Assembly: GCA_965219095.1 (NCBI GenBank)
Contig: CBDCMT010000001.1
Span: forward strand, 192,001-256,000
DNA length: 64,000 bases
Reading direction: 5' to 3'
DNA from: Bdellovibrionales bacterium
GTDB lineage: Bacteria > Bdellovibrionota > Bdellovibrionia > Bdellovibrionales > UBA1609
Shown one piece after another: positions 1 to 12,800 of the stretch. Within the stretch, counting starts at the first letter, position 1, and the number at the start of each line of letters is the position of its first letter. The notes under the pieces were generated by a model that did not search any database, was not told the origin of the DNA, and saw nothing but the letters and a program-made list of their open reading frames with translations. Made by a program: the position numbers and the translations under genes.

Positions 1-280
1 ACAAGATGAATCAAGCTTGTAAATTAATTTGAACCTATAAATTAAATTGTTTAACTGATTTTTGTCATTTTAAATTTTACCCTCACTTTTTCACTTATTT
101 TAACCCATCAATCGATTCACACAACAAATAGATATACCTGAAATAAACTTATCTTATGAAAACTTAAACTCACCTTAAAAGAAGTTTTTTTAAAATCTCC
201 TAACTGAAGCTTTTCCTTAAGTCAATTTTAAAATTTTAAATTTGAACATGAAAATGTCGAATTAATTTCTGTAATTGGTA
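1..280 (+). mobile_element. Right end of an IS630-family element (same type as 57288-58695), cut by the window edge
   Basis: 1-283 is near-identical to ~58416-58698 (last transposase codons QDESSL*, tail and terminal IR ...AATGTCGAATTAATTTCTGTAATTGGTA followed by TTA). Confidence 0.85.
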
Positions 281-1326
281 TTATTCTTCAGTCTCTCCTG
301 ATTCTGCATGTTGTTATTTTTGACTAGCTCTAAAAGAAAGGCTTTATTTTTCACAAGATTTTTAATTCTAAAATTTACAGCTTCTTCTAGACTATGAACG
401 GGGATGTTCTCTAATTCACATTTTTTTAAGTGCCTGTCTCCCTGTGTTAACATTTTTCTTTTGTGGGAGTAATAGAAGTACTTTCTATTGTTGCCATTAG
501 CTCCTACTCCTGAAAGTTTTTGACCACAAAGCCCACAATAAGCTAAGCCTGAAAGAATGTAACAATGATGGCTTTTTCTTAATTCTTTTTTATTCTTTTC
601 TAAACGTTCTTGAACTTCATTAAATAGTTCTTGAGATACAATAGCAGGCCATTGGCTATCATAGACCTTATATCTTTCAGAAAGGCTTAGCTCTAATTGA
701 TTTTTGTTTCTATTTCTTTTGTTAAACTCTCTTTTTCCAATATAAACAAGGTTTGTAAGCAGGGTGTACAAGGTTGTTAGTGTCCAGCGACTTCCGCCTC
801 TTTGCTTCCCTCCTTTATTTACAGAAGACTTTGTTTTGTAGCCATTTTTATTTAAAAAATTTAATGTTTTAGATAAAGATCCAAGCTCTAGGAATTTATT
901 AAAAATAAAATTTACAATGATTTTTTCTTCTTCATTTACTATAAGATGACATTTTTTTGTAGGGTGAGAGTCATAGCCTAAAGCTCTTTGACCACCATTA
1001 GAAAGCCCTCTTTCAGCTCTTGCCTGTATGCCGTTTTTTGTTCTTTCCACAATGGTCTGTCTTTCAAACTGAGCAAAACTAATGGCTTGAATGACCATAA
1101 GCTCCCCAATAGCTGTTGAAGTATCAAAGTTTTCTTTCAAACTAAAAAACTTCACATTATGCTCTTTTAAAAAATCCCAAAAATGGCAAAAGTCCTTCAC
1201 ACTTCGACTAAGCCTTGAAAGCTCTGTGACAATAACAGCATTGACTTTTCTTGAAACTATGTCTTTACACATTTTTTGAAAAGCAGGCCTATTCATGTTC
1301 TTTCCTGAAAGGTCTTTATCAATATA
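281..1326 (-). pseudogene. Large serine recombinase, truncated at both ends by IS elements
   Basis: Motifs D-x-x-x-SG-x-x-x-x-RP, ELSRLSRS, FAQFERQTIVER, recombinase domain and CGLCG zinc ribbon. The catalytic N-terminus is replaced by the IS1634 IR at 1327 and the C-terminus runs into the IS630 end at 280. Confidence 0.85.
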
Positions 1327-2903
1327 CCTAAACTCGTGACTAAAAATGTACACTACAAAGCTATAATTTCCTATTTTCCATAAAAATCTCAGTTTTCATA
1401 GGGGAATTTTCAATTTTTAGATAAAATCACAAAAAATAACTTGCCTTGCATTTTCCTTTGTAGTGTAATATATTACACTATAGGAGGGAGAAATATGAGC
1501 TTTATCAGAAGAATAAAAAGAGGAAAGGTGACATATCTTGCAGAAGTAGAGAACAAAAGGGTTGATGGAAAAGTTATCCAAAAGCATATTCGGTACATCG
1601 GGAAGGAAGAGAATGGTGAAACTGTAATTTCAATGAGCTCATCTGATCTTGAAATAGAAAAGGTCAAGGTTTATGGTCCTTTGCTTGTTTTAGATAAAAT
1701 AGCTAGAGAAATAGATTTGCAAAAATCTCTTGGCCAATACTCCAATGAAATATTAAGCATGGTCTATGCTCACTGTTTAGATTACAAAAGCCTTAGAAAA
1801 ATGCCAAAATGGTATGAGAGAACAGATTTAAACACTTTGCTAAATTTAGAGGATCTAACCGAAAGTCGTTTGCTTTCTGCTCTAGATTCTTTAGAGAGTG
1901 ATCCAGAAAATTTACAGAAGAAAATATTTCAAGGTGTTCAGAAAAGGTACAATCTTGAGCTAAAAGGGTTGGTGTACGATGTTACCAATACATACCTTTA
2001 TGGTAGCAAATGTCAGCTTGGAAAATTAGGAAAGAGTAAGGATGGGAAACGTGGAAATCCTTTGATTCAAATTGGTTTGGTGACAACTCAAAAAGAAGGA
2101 ATACCAGTGTTTCATAAAACTTTTAGTGGAAACATACACGATAGCAGGACTCTACTAAGTTTATCCGATGGATTTGCAAACTATGGACTAAGTGGAGGAA
2201 TGTTTGTTTACGACAGGGGCATTTTCTCAGAGAGAAACCTCAATGAAATCAATGAATTGGGCTGGAATACGCTTTGTGGGATTGCTCTCAGAAAAAAAGA
2301 GAAGGATGTGATTAGAAAAATGATAAGGCTAGACTCTATTGTTGATGTATCCCATCGCATCAGGTTATCAAGTGGTACCTTGTATGCTCAGAGCATTAAT
2401 CACAATGTTGGAAAAATCAAAGGACGTTTAGTTGTTTGTTACAATCAAAGGAGAGCTTTAGGTATAAGAGAATCTCGTTTGGACGAAATTGCAAACGCAC
2501 AAATTCTTTTGTCTAAAAATATAAAACCAGGTTTGGAAAAATACCTTACTCCAACAGGAAGATTAAGGAGAGATCGGTTGAATTTAGAATCTGAGTTTGA
2601 TGGTTACTCTTGTATATTTTCTACAAAAAAGATCTCTGCAAAAGATATTGTTAATTTGTACTATAAGAAAGAGGTAATCGAAAAATTTTTTAGGACCTTA
2701 AAGGGAATAACAAATTTGAGACCAATTCGTCATTGGCTTTACAACAGAGTTCAATCACATGTCTTTATATGCTATTTATCTTGTCTGATACTTTCAATTC
2801 TAAAAATGAAGCTTGAAAAGATGCAGATGTCTCCAGAGGAAGCTCTTGAAGAACTCGGTAGCATGTATAATGTCTATCTTTATGACCGAAAAAATAAAAC
2901 TAG

Positions 2904-4178
2904 TACAGCATAACATTAAATTTTAATATTTTCATAATGCCTCTTAAACTTATTTCTAGCCTTATTATTTGTAAACTGCCAATTGATTTTGATTCTATCT
3001 TTGTTTCTCTTACGGGTCCAAGTTTCTACTTCTTTTTTTAGTTGTTCAAAACTTCCTATACGTCGGTTTAAACATTGCTTTGAAAGAGCCGAAAACTCGA
3101 TCTCTGCCATATTTAACCAACTGGCCTTTTTAGGAGTATAAATCATCTCAAGTCTATTTTTTAACTCCAAGGCCTTTTGAGCTGGCATGTTCTCATAAAA
3201 AGAAGAGCCATTGTGAGTGTTTAAATTATCTTGTATCAATGTGATCTTGTCTACGTCCTTATAATATAAGGACATTTTTTTCATGAAAAGAGCATAATCT
3301 TTCTTTGTTTTTCTCTTTCTTACCTCTACAATTCTTCTTCCACTCAATGGCTCTATGGCTAAGAACACAACACAGGTTCCATTTCTTTTGTAATGATAAT
3401 CCTCTCTTTTTTCTTTTCCAGGGCTTACAGGAACTGGCATCAAAACATCTTCTATCAATTGACAAGGACGCTCATCAAAACAAAGAACAGGACGATTAGA
3501 ATCTAGCTTTCTTTCATAAACTTCTAAAACAGACTCCATTTGGCAAATAAAATGAGAATCGATCTTGCTTAAACACCACTGTCTTTTTAAATGAGGTTTG
3601 ACTTCGTTTTTTTTAATATACGACCCACATGGGTGTGAGAAATAGAGTCTACAACATTTAACTCAACCAACTTATCAGATAGCATCTGTAAACTCCATCG
3701 ACCATAACCTTCAGGAGCTTTCGTACAAGCTAAACTCGTAATCTTCGTCCTTTGCTTCCCTGTAAACTTAGGAGGCTTTCCAGGACGAGGAGCATCATAA
3801 AGTGCTCTCCCTAATCCTCCCTTCAAGTACCCTTCTTTGATATTTTGAATAGTCCCTAAAGTTCTCACTCCAAGAATCTCACAAACCTCTGTGGAACCCT
3901 TCCCTTGATGGCTTAAAAGTAAAACCCTGGCTCGTGTTAAAACTCGAGACTGATTCACTCCCTTCTTCAACATCTTCTCTAATTTTGTCTTCTCTGAACT
4001 CTTTAACTTTATCCTTACTTTTGGCTTTCTTTTTGCTTTTGGATTTGCTCTTGCCTTTGTTTTTAATTTCATCTTTGATCTCATATCCCCTCCTTGGACT
4101 TTTTATTAAACTACAACAAATATTATAGGAACAACAAAAATACAAGTCAAATATATTGAAATTTAAGGTTATGCTGTA
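2904..4178 (-). mobile_element. IS630-family element (CTAG target type)
   Basis: IR TACAGCATAAC / GTTATGCTGTA, CTAG on both sides (2900-2903, 4179-4182); near-identical inverted copy at 42272-43546. Confidence 0.92.
2916..4084 (-). CDS. IS630 transposase in two ORFs (HTH 3587-4084, DDE 2916-3539), probably joined by a frameshift
   Basis: RPGKP HTH, CFDE, QDNLNTH, ASWLNMAE motifs; A-run (TTAAAAAAAACG) at the junction. Confidence 0.85.
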
Positions 4179-4305
4179 CTAGACTTATCAAAACAGTAGC
4201 TTTGAATAAAGTTCAGGAAGAAATACTAAGATCTATTGGAAAAAGTCTTGTCAAGAAAACGTCCGTCTGTAGTGTACATTTTTGAGCACGAACTCAGGTT
4301 AATTA

Positions 4306-6036
4306 CCTAAATTCCCGACAAAAAATATACACTAGGATTTAAGTTCTGCTCAGAATCTGGAAAATTTCTTATTCCCCCTCGTAAAAAGTAGGATTTTATA
4401 GAATTTTTAGAGATAAATACTCTTGCCTATGCTCAATCCTGATGTATAATATATACAGCAGGATTGCTAGGAGGATATGCGATGAGTTTCATTAGAAGAA
4501 TAAAAAAGAAGGATGGACAAGTTTATTTGGCTGAAGTTGAGAGCAAATGGATCAATGGGAAATCGGTTCAAAAGCATATTCGTTATATTGGAAAAGAGAT
4601 TAATGGAGAAGTTGTGCTTTCTCTCTCATCAAAAGATCTCCAAGTGGATGGAGTTAAGGTATATGGCCCCCTTTTACTATTCCATAGTATCTCAAAAAAA
4701 ATTAAACTTCCAGAAATTTTAGGTGAATATTCTGATGAGATTCTCAGTATGATTTATGCCCACTGTATGGATTATAGAAGTGTACGTAATATGCCAAAAT
4801 GGTACGAGAGGACAGACTTAAATCTTCTTTTAGATTTAGGAAATCTAACGGAAGCTCGATTAGTTAAAGCAATGGATAGTATAAATGATGATCAAATAGA
4901 GATTTATCAAAGGTCTATTTTTAGCAACGTAAAAAAGATGTATAGGTTGGACTCTAAAGGAATAGTATATGATCTAACAAACACTTATTTTTATGGGAAG
5001 CATTGTGTTATGGGGAAAGTGGAAAGAAGTAAAGATGGGCGTCGACAAAATGATCTTATCCAAATAGCACTTGCAACGACTCAAAAGGACGGAATTCCAG
5101 TATTCCACAAAACCTTTGATGGAAATATCCATGACAGTAAAACTCTAGCGGACGTTTCCAATAATTTTTCTCAACACAGTCTTCAGTCTGGACTACTCAT
5201 CTATGATCGAGGCATAGTATCCGAGAAAAACATTGATTTCATAGGGGATTTAGGCTGGCACACGTTGTGTGGCTTGCCTATGCGAGAAAAAGAAAAAGCT
5301 ATCATAAGACGAACTATAAAGAATGATTCTATAAATAATATTTCAAATATGGTGACAATTGGAGAAAGTATTTTTTACGTTAAAGGTATACCTCATTCAT
5401 TCGGATCGATTAAAGGAAAGCTTGTCATCTGCTATAATGAATCTAAAAAAACAGAAATCACAGAGTCAAGGAGGAAAAGGATTCTAAATGCTCAGGAGTT
5501 AATAAATAAAAATAAAAAAATTGAAGAAGGACTTAGAAAGCACTTGACTCCCAGGGGAAGAATAAGAACTGATGTGTTAAAGAAAGATGAGGAGCTTGAT
5601 GGATACTCGTGTATATTTTCTACGAAGAAGATCTCCGACAAAGAAATGGTGAGATTGTATTTTGACAAAGAGATCATTGAAAGAGCTTTCAAAACTTTAA
5701 AAGGTATTTCAAATGTACGCCCTATTAGATTTTGGTTAAATAAGAGAGTCAAGTCACATGTTTTTATCTGCTATTTATCTTATCTCATATTATCTATCCT
5801 TAAACTAAATCTAAAATCTAAGGGCATAAATATGTCGCCAGAAAAAGCAATTGAAAACTTAGAAACTATGTACAACGTTTATCTATCAGATAACCGTAAA
5901 AAACATAAATTTACTAGAACCGTAACTCTTAACAAAACTCAAGAACAGATATTGAAATCGGTGGACCCAAAAATTTTAAAGAATCACATAATGCTTTCTT
6001 GAAAACCTAGTATATACTTTTGGCCAAAAATTTAGG
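4306..6036 (+). mobile_element. IS1634-family element, intact
   Basis: IRs CCTAAATT... / ...AATTTAGG; 6-bp target duplication TAATTA (4300-4305, 6037-6042). Confidence 0.9.
4482..6002 (+). CDS. IS1634-family transposase
   Basis: YDLT, SKDG, YDRG, IERAFKTLK, RPIR motifs; ATG 4482 follows GGAGGA; paralog of the 1495 gene. Confidence 0.9.
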   Translation: MSFIRRIKKKDGQVYLAEVESKWINGKSVQKHIRYIGKEINGEVVLSLSSKDLQVDGVKVYGPLLLFHSISKKIKLPEILGEYSDEILSMIYAHCMDYRSVRNMPKWYERTDLNLLLDLGNLTEARLVKAMDSINDDQIEIYQRSIFSNVKKMYRLDSKGIVYDLTNTYFYGKHCVMGKVERSKDGRRQNDLIQIALATTQKDGIPVFHKTFDGNIHDSKTLADVSNNFSQHSLQSGLLIYDRGIVSEKNIDFIGDLGWHTLCGLPMREKEKAIIRRTIKNDSINNISNMVTIGESIFYVKGIPHSFGSIKGKLVICYNESKKTEITESRRKRILNAQELINKNKKIEEGLRKHLTPRGRIRTDVLKKDEELDGYSCIFSTKKISDKEMVRLYFDKEIIERAFKTLKGISNVRPIRFWLNKRVKSHVFICYLSYLILSILKLNLKSKGINMSPEKAIENLETMYNVYLSDNRKKHKFTRTVTLNKTQEQILKSVDPKILKNHIMLS

Positions 6037-6230
6037 TAATTAGACTAGCATTTTCTTTATAAGTTTCTAAAATAAGAGAATAACCATCTTCAGATTTGCA
6101 TATGAAATTCCAAAATTCTTTTCCTATTAGCAATTCTTCTTCTGCGAAGAATTGCCTTACTCTTTCTTGAGTCCAGTTTTTATTTTCTCCATACCTATTA
6201 TAGGCTGTTGCAAAAAATATTTTAATGGTC
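6037..6230 (-). pseudogene. C-terminal fragment resembling a TdeIII-like type II restriction endonuclease
   Basis: IFFATAYNRYGE...ELLIGKEFWNFIC...GY pattern recognised from memory. The MEVKEK start in the ORF track comes from the adjacent IS3 stub. Confidence 0.5.
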
Positions 6231-6300
6231 TTTTCTTTTACCTCCATTTTACGGAGACTTTAAGAGAAAATTGACTGTCCGCAGAAACAGGGGAAGTTCA
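6231..6300 (-). mobile_element. IS3-family left-end stub (~70 bp)
   Basis: Near-identical to 52881-52950, including the terminal ...GGGGAAGTTCA. Confidence 0.85.
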
Positions 6301-6662
6301 TGGAGAAGGTGGTTCTGAATCTTTTCAGTGAAAACATCGTAGTTTCTCAAAGCAGAGTATGTTCGCAGTTTGACATCTTTTCCGTCTTTTTTAACTCTGG
6401 GCTTTCGAATCGAAACTCTTTGTCCTTGAGCATAAACAGACCCAGGATCGCTTCCATTTCGCATGCATTCTTCCTCTCGATCGTATAGTGGACCACAGAG
6501 CTTAGTGACTTCGTCATTAAATATCCGGTAGATTACGTCAAGAATTCTATGCTTCATATAGTTATGAACAGCATCTTGAATCTCCTTGTGATCCGATAGT
6601 TCTTGAATTGATATTTTTTCTTTTGTATTCTTCATTTTGGACTCCTTTTGTTTAATTTTTAA

Positions 6663-8184
6663 GGCTCCTCCCGGGAATCTGTGGGTAAAAAGTAGTAAAA
6701 ATCCCCCAAAAGAGCTCATATTAATCAAAGTAAGAGTAAGACATTCTATCTTGTATTTTTGAGTTCTTTGAGGCCCTTACTGGCCTCTATCACCTCCGGT
6801 GATTGAACTCAAAAACATTCATTTTATTTGCTTTTATTTGCTGTTTTACATTAAAATTTTAAAAAAGAAGCACCTACTTCCCAGATGCCTTAAAATGTTA
6901 TTCAAAAAAAAAAAAAAAAGGAGGGAAGAGATGCTTTTGAAGACTATACTAAATGATTGTTTAAGATGGAAGTCTTTTGTATACGGAGACATTTATTTTT
7001 CAAAAGATAGAAAGTCAATTAATGTTCCTATTAAGGCTCGTAAAAATGGCCAAGCTTTTTGTAGTGTTTGTAAGAAGCCCTGTTCAGTGTATGACAGCAG
7101 TAAATCATCACGGGACTTTGAATCCCTTCCTATTTTAAGTTACAGGGTGTTTTTTGTTTATTTTGTAAGAAGAGTTAATTGTCCTTGCTGTGGGGTAAAA
7201 GTTGAGTATTTACCTTGGGCCGATGGTAAGAAGAGTTTAACGATCTTTTACATGAAGTATTTAGCAGACTGGTGTCGTCACCTGTCTTGGAAAGAGGTTT
7301 CTTGTAAGTTTCATGTCAGTTGGAATCAGGTCTATGCTTCGGTAGAATGGGTCGTAGAATATGGTTTAAAACAAAGGGTTTTAAAGGGAATACAAGCTAT
7401 AGGTGTAGATGAAATACAATGGAAAAAGAACCATCAGTATCTCACCTTAGTCTATGAAATAAGCAAAACCCGTGTACGCTTGTTGTGGATAGGAGAAAAA
7501 AGAACAGAAAAGAGTTTTAGAAAATTCTTTGATTTACTAGGAGAGAAGTCAAAAGATATACGGTTTGTGTGTTCTGATATGTGGAAGCCTTATTTAAAAG
7601 TCATAAAGGAGAGGGCAAGTGGAGCTTTACACATATTAGATCGGTTTCATATCGTAGCAAGACTCAATAAGGCTTTAGACGAAGTGAGAGCTTCAGAATA
7701 CAAAAAAATGAAAGAAGACGGGTATGAACCCCTTTTAACAAAAGCTAGATGGCCCTTGTTAAAAAATGCAGAAAATTTAAAATCTTATGAAAAAGTAAAA
7801 TTAAGGCATTTAATACAGTACAATTTAAAAAGTATCCGCTGTTATTTTTTAAAAGAAGACTTCCGACAGTTATGGACCTATGTTCCACCAACTTGGGCTG
7901 GTAAATTTATAGACAGTTGGACGAAACGAGTCATGCTTTCAAAAATTGAACCTATGAAAAGAGAAGCAAAAACCATACGAAGACATAAGCTACTTATTCT
8001 TAATTACTTCAAGGCTAAAAAAGCCTTCTCCTCAGGGATTGTAGAGGGTTTAAACAACAAAGTAAAACTCACTATGAGAAAATCTTACGGCTTTAGAACC
8101 TCTAAAGCTATAAAAATCGCCTTATATCATAACCTTGGAAAACTGCCAGAACCTCCGGGAACCCACAGATTCTTTTGAGGAGGC
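6663..8184 (+). mobile_element. ISL3-family element, intact
   Basis: Ends GGCTCCTC...GAATCTGTGGGT / ACCCACAGATTC...GAGGAGGC; 8-bp target duplication ATTTTTAA (6655-6662, 8185-8192). Confidence 0.92.
6931..8178 (+). CDS. ISL3-family transposase
   Basis: CxxC zinc finger, IGVDE, CSDMWKPY, LDRFHI, EGLNNKVK...YGFR motifs; likely ATG at 6931 after GGAGGG. Confidence 0.92.
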   Translation: MLLKTILNDCLRWKSFVYGDIYFSKDRKSINVPIKARKNGQAFCSVCKKPCSVYDSSKSSRDFESLPILSYRVFFVYFVRRVNCPCCGVKVEYLPWADGKKSLTIFYMKYLADWCRHLSWKEVSCKFHVSWNQVYASVEWVVEYGLKQRVLKGIQAIGVDEIQWKKNHQYLTLVYEISKTRVRLLWIGEKRTEKSFRKFFDLLGEKSKDIRFVCSDMWKPYLKVIKERASGALHILDRFHIVARLNKALDEVRASEYKKMKEDGYEPLLTKARWPLLKNAENLKSYEKVKLRHLIQYNLKSIRCYFLKEDFRQLWTYVPPTWAGKFIDSWTKRVMLSKIEPMKREAKTIRRHKLLILNYFKAKKAFSSGIVEGLNNKVKLTMRKSYGFRTSKAIKIALYHNLGKLPEPPGTHRFF

Positions 8185-8678
8185 ATTTTTAATTCATTCT
8201 AAATCTTTATTAAATCCTAGGTGGACTTAAAAATCCACCAGGGAGTCCTCTTATCTGCTCTATTTTTGAGCAGAATTCCACCGATAAATGGGACATCCTC
8301 CGATATCTCGTGATAAAAGGAAAGTGAAAGGTATTTTTTTTGAGATCATTTGTAGCGAAATTTTTATGAATATCTATACTTAGTTTGTTTAGAGTGAGTT
8401 CAGAGTGAAAAATGAAGGAATCTTAAAGAATTTTCAGGAAATTTTAAGATAGACAGTGACGGCTAAGTTGTTAATTTTATTATTTCCTTTTTAATTTTTT
8501 AATGATTCTAAGAACTTACAAAAGTTCACGGGCCATTTTATAGAAATACTTTCTGTGAAGCTTGGAATGCTTTTTGTGAGCAGGGCGGCAGGATTAAGAA
8601 TTATGCACTTACTCTGGGCAAAAAGCTAAGACTCTCATTTAAAGAGACCTAACTGCAATTACAGGCTCAAAAAGCCAG

Positions 8679-8707
8679 TTGATTTCATTTTTTAGATTGT
8701 TTATAAT
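8679..8707 (+). promoter_or_regulatory. sigma70-type promoter for carA, probably leaderless
   Basis: TTGATT-17bp-TATAAT ending 8 nt before ATG 8716; no Shine-Dalgarno in between. Confidence 0.55.
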
Positions 8708-8715
8708 TTATTGTA

Positions 8716-9843
8716 ATGAAGCTCTGGAAAGCCACACCAGTTCAAAACTCAATCTTAGTCCTATCTGATGGGACTTTTTTTTTAGGTAAGTCAGTAGGAG
8801 CTTTAAAGAAAACAAAAGGCCAGCTTTGTTTTAACGTTTCTATGACAGGTTACCAAGAAGTCCTTACTGATCCCTCTTATAGTAAATACATTATTGTTTT
8901 CACCTTTCCTCATATTGGAAACGTAGGTTGCAATCCTTTTGATCAAGAAAGCTCAAAGCCTCTTTGTTCTGGTTTTGTTTTGAGAAACCATCCTACAGAA
9001 GCTTCCAATTTTAAGGCCAAAGATCATTTTGAAACCTGGGTTTTAGATCACAACCTTACAGGAATTTCAGGGATTGATACAAGAGAACTCACCCAAAGGA
9101 TAAGAAAAAAACCTCAAGGTTGTTTAATTCAATCTGTGAAGACAGGAGATGTGATTTTTATAGATCAACTTCAAGAAGAGATAAAGTCTTCTATAAATTT
9201 TAAAAACCAGGAATTAGCTGATTCTGCTGGAACCCAAACCCTTTATACTCTTCCCTCAACTCCTGATGCTTATCATGTTGTAGTTTTAGACTACGGTGTA
9301 AAGATAACGATCTTACAACTTCTTTCTTCTGTAGGGCTCAATGTCACAGTAGTACCTGCAAAAACATCTTTTGAGGAAATTGAGAAACTAAAGCCTCATG
9401 GAGTTTTTCTTTCTAACGGCCCTGGTGATCCTCTTCTTACAGCAGAATACACTCTTCCTACCATTAAAAAGATTATAAAGAACCGAATTCCCTTGTTTGG
9501 TATTTGTTTAGGACATCAAATTCTAGCTCTTGCAAGCAATCTTTTAATTCACAATATGAAAGTAGGGCATAGGGGAGTAAACCATCCGGTTCAAGACTTA
9601 GAAACAAAAAAAGTTTTTATAACAAGTCAAAATCATGGCTTTAGTGTTAGTGATGAGGGCTGTATCCTCAAAAACATTAAAATCACACAACGTTCTTTAT
9701 TTGACAATAGTGTTGAAGGGCTTGAAAGAACTGATGTTCCTGCTTTTTCTGTACAGTATCACCCAGAAGCCTCTCCAGGTCCCCATGACAGCTACCACTT
9801 GTTTTATAAATTCAAACAAATGATAAAGGAACAACATGCCTAA
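8716..9843 (+). CDS. carA: Carbamoyl-phosphate synthase small subunit
   Basis: [37 protein letters not shown] motifs. Confidence 0.98.
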   Translation: MKLWKATPVQNSILVLSDGTFFLGKSVGALKKTKGQLCFNVSMTGYQEVLTDPSYSKYIIVFTFPHIGNVGCNPFDQESSKPLCSGFVLRNHPTEASNFKAKDHFETWVLDHNLTGISGIDTRELTQRIRKKPQGCLIQSVKTGDVIFIDQLQEEIKSSINFKNQELADSAGTQTLYTLPSTPDAYHVVVLDYGVKITILQLLSSVGLNVTVVPAKTSFEEIEKLKPHGVFLSNGPGDPLLTAEYTLPTIKKIIKNRIPLFGICLGHQILALASNLLIHNMKVGHRGVNHPVQDLETKKVFITSQNHGFSVSDEGCILKNIKITQRSLFDNSVEGLERTDVPAFSVQYHPEASPGPHDSYHLFYKFKQMIKEQHA

Positions 9844-12800
9844 AAGAAATGATATCTCAAAAGTGATGGTTCTAGGGGCTGGTCCTATTTCAATTGGTCA
9901 AGCTTGTGAGTTCGACTATTCCGGAACACAAGCTTTGAAAGCTCTTAAAGAGGAAGGCTTAAAAACTGTTCTTGTTAATTCCAATCCTGCCACAATTATG
10001 ACAGATCCTTTTTTTTCTGATGAAACGTTCATTCAGCCTTTAACTTTAAACTATTTAGAAAAAATTATTGAGGTTACAAGACCCGATGCTATTTTACCTA
10101 CAGTAGGAGGGCAAACAGCCTTGAACTGTACCTTAGAACTCCATAAAAATAAAGTCTTAGAAAAATATCAAGTGGAAATTTTAGGAGCTTCTCCTGAAGC
10201 TATTGAGAAAGCAGAGAACAGAGAGCTTTTCAAACAAGCTATGAAAAAAATCAATCTCCCTTTTCCTCATAGCAGAGTTGTACAGTCTCTTAAAGAGGCT
10301 AAAAACTGGCTGAGAGAAGTTAATCTTCCTTTGATTATAAGGCCTTCTTTTACCTTAGGGGGTGCTGGGGGAGGAGTGGCTTACACTTCTAAAGAGTTTT
10401 TTATGATTGTAGAACAAGGACTCAAACTCTCAGCAAACCATGAGGTGCTTATTGATGAGTCCCTCCTAGGTTGGAAAGAATTTGAAATGGAGGTTGTATG
10501 CGATAAAAACAACAACGGCATTATTGTGTGCTCTATTGAAAACATTGATCCTATGGGGGTTCATACAGGAGACAGCATAACAGTGGCACCCGCACTTACT
10601 TTAAGAGACAAACAGTACCAGTTTTTGAGGAATAAGTCTCTTGATGTGTTAAGAGAAATAGGAGTGACAACAGGAGGAGCTAATGTACAATTTGCTATTC
10701 ATCCACGCACTGGCCGTTGCCTTATCATTGAGATGAATCCTAGAGTTTCACGTTCTTCTGCTCTAGCTTCAAAAGCTACAGGTTTTCCCATTGCTAAAGT
10801 GGCCACTAAATTAGCTCTTGGTTACACACTTGATGAAATTCAAAATGATATCACTCATATCACACCTGCTTCTTTTGAACCCACCATTGATTATATTGTT
10901 ACAAAAATTCCTCGTTTTCATTTTGAAAAATTCTATAAAACTCATGAATCGGAACCCACCCTTTCTACTTCTATGAAATCAGTGGGAGAGGTTATGGCCA
11001 TAGGAAGAAGTTTTTTGGAGAGTTTACAAAAAGGACTTTGTTCTTTAGAGACAGGTTTAGCAGGATTCAATGAAGTCGTCTTAAAGGATATAAAACAGTT
11101 AAAAGTTTTGACTCCTTATAAAATCCTCTACATTGCACAAGCCATCAGAGAACATTACTCTCTTGATATAATTGCAGAACTTAGTCATATAGATCCTTGG
11201 TTCATAAGAGAAATCAAAAAAGTTGTGGAAATGGAAAGACGTATCAAATCAGAAGGACTTCCTAAAACATCTTATGAACTAAGAGAATTTAAAAAAATGG
11301 GTTTTTCAGATGAGCGATTAGCTCAGCTTTCCTCAACAACCGAAAAAAAGCTTTTTCAATTAAGACAAGATTTGAACATTCATCCTGTTTTAAAAACAGT
11401 TGACACCTGTGCAGGAGAATTTAGCTCTCATACCTCTTACCTTTACTCTTGTTATGAAAGTGATTCTAAAAGTGATCTTGTCTGCGAAGCTGTCATTCAC
11501 GATAGGAAAAAAGTGATCATTCTAGGAAGCGGTCCTAATCGTATTGGGCAAGGAATAGAATTTGATTATACATGCGTTCATGCTTGTTTTACTTTAAGAA
11601 TGATGGGAATAGAAGCTATTATGATCAACTGTAACCCTGAAACGGTCTCTACAGATTATGATACATCTGATAAACTTTATTTTGAACCTTTAAAAGCTGA
11701 AAATATTTTAGCTATTATAGATAAAGAAAAAAAACGAGGAGAATTTTTAGGTGTCATCATTCAGTGTGGAGGACAAACTCCTATCAACTTAGCTCATACT
11801 CTCAAAGAAGCTCAAGTTCCCCTTTTAGGGACTGATTTAAAAAGTATTTCTCTTACAGAAGATAGAGAAGAGTTTAAAAAAGTCATTCAAATACTCAAAC
11901 TCAAACAGCCTCGAAGTGAAATTTGCTATGAACTTTCAGAACTTTATAAAGTGGCAGAGAAAGTAGGTTATCCAGTTCTTATACGTCCTTCTTATGTTCT
12001 AGGGGGAGAAGCTATGAGCATTTTAAAATCCCCCCAAGATCTTTCCCTCTATCTTTCAAGAAATCGAAATGTATTTTTAAAAAAAGTTTCTTTACTTGTT
12101 GATAGTTTTTTAGAAAATGCGATAGAGTTAGACGTAGATGCTCTCTGTGACGGAGAAAGTGTTTTCATAGCAGGAATTTCAGAGCATATTGAAAGAGCGG
12201 GGGTTCATTCAGGGGACTCAGCCTGTAGCCTTCCTGTTTTTAGCATTCCAGAACATATTGTCTCAAAAGTAAAAGAACAAACTAAAAAAATAGCTCTTTT
12301 TTTAAACATCAAAGGTTTTATGAACATACAATTTGCTCTCCAAAAAGATGAAATTTTTCTATTAGAAGTCAATCCTCGAGCTTCTAGAACCATTCCCTTT
12401 TTAGAAAAGGCTACAGGGATACCTCTTTCAGTACTTGCTACAAAGATCATGTTAGGCGATAAAATTAAAACATTTTCAGAAAAAGAAAAAGAATTCTTTT
12501 CGTTTTACTCGGTCAAAGAAGCTAAGTTTTCTTTTGAAAGATTTAAGAATATAGATCCTCTTTTGAGTCCAGAGATGAAATCTATAGGAGAAGTTATGGG
12601 GATAGGTTCTTCATTTCACCTGGCCTACAATAAAGCTCTTCAAAGTGTCAATCAGAACATTCCAGAAAATTGTAAAAAAGTTTATGTATCTCAAAAAGCA
12701 CCCCTGGAATTGCAAACAAAATACAAGCAGTTATTTCAGATCACATCATCTTATAAGGATGTCAAATCTGTTAGCTTTGTTGTAGCCTGTGAAGAAGATA

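Larger units (their letters stand above)
1495..4285 (+). pseudogene. IS1634-family DDE transposase split by IS630 insertion
   Basis: YDVT, GKSKDG, YDRG, IEKFFR..K, RPIRH motifs. Removing 2904-4182 restores ...KNKTRLIKTVALNKVQEEILRSIGK... Confidence 0.85.
1327..4298 (+). mobile_element. IS1634-family element interrupted by IS630
   Basis: IRs CCTAAACTCGTGACTAAAAATGTACACTAC (1327) and GTAGTGTACATTTTTGAGCACGAACTCAGG (to 4298); flanks are not duplicated. Confidence 0.85.
6300..8300 (-). mobile_element. Truncated IS256 copy interrupted by ISL3
   Basis: 6300-6662 matches 32513-32875 and 8193-8300 matches 32876-32983, ending in IR ...AATGGGACATCCTC. Only the transposase N-terminus remains. Confidence 0.9.

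Noticed and set aside
6249..6728. 159-aa ORF as a real gene
   Set aside because: Chimera of ISL3 end, IS256 N-terminus and IS3 stub
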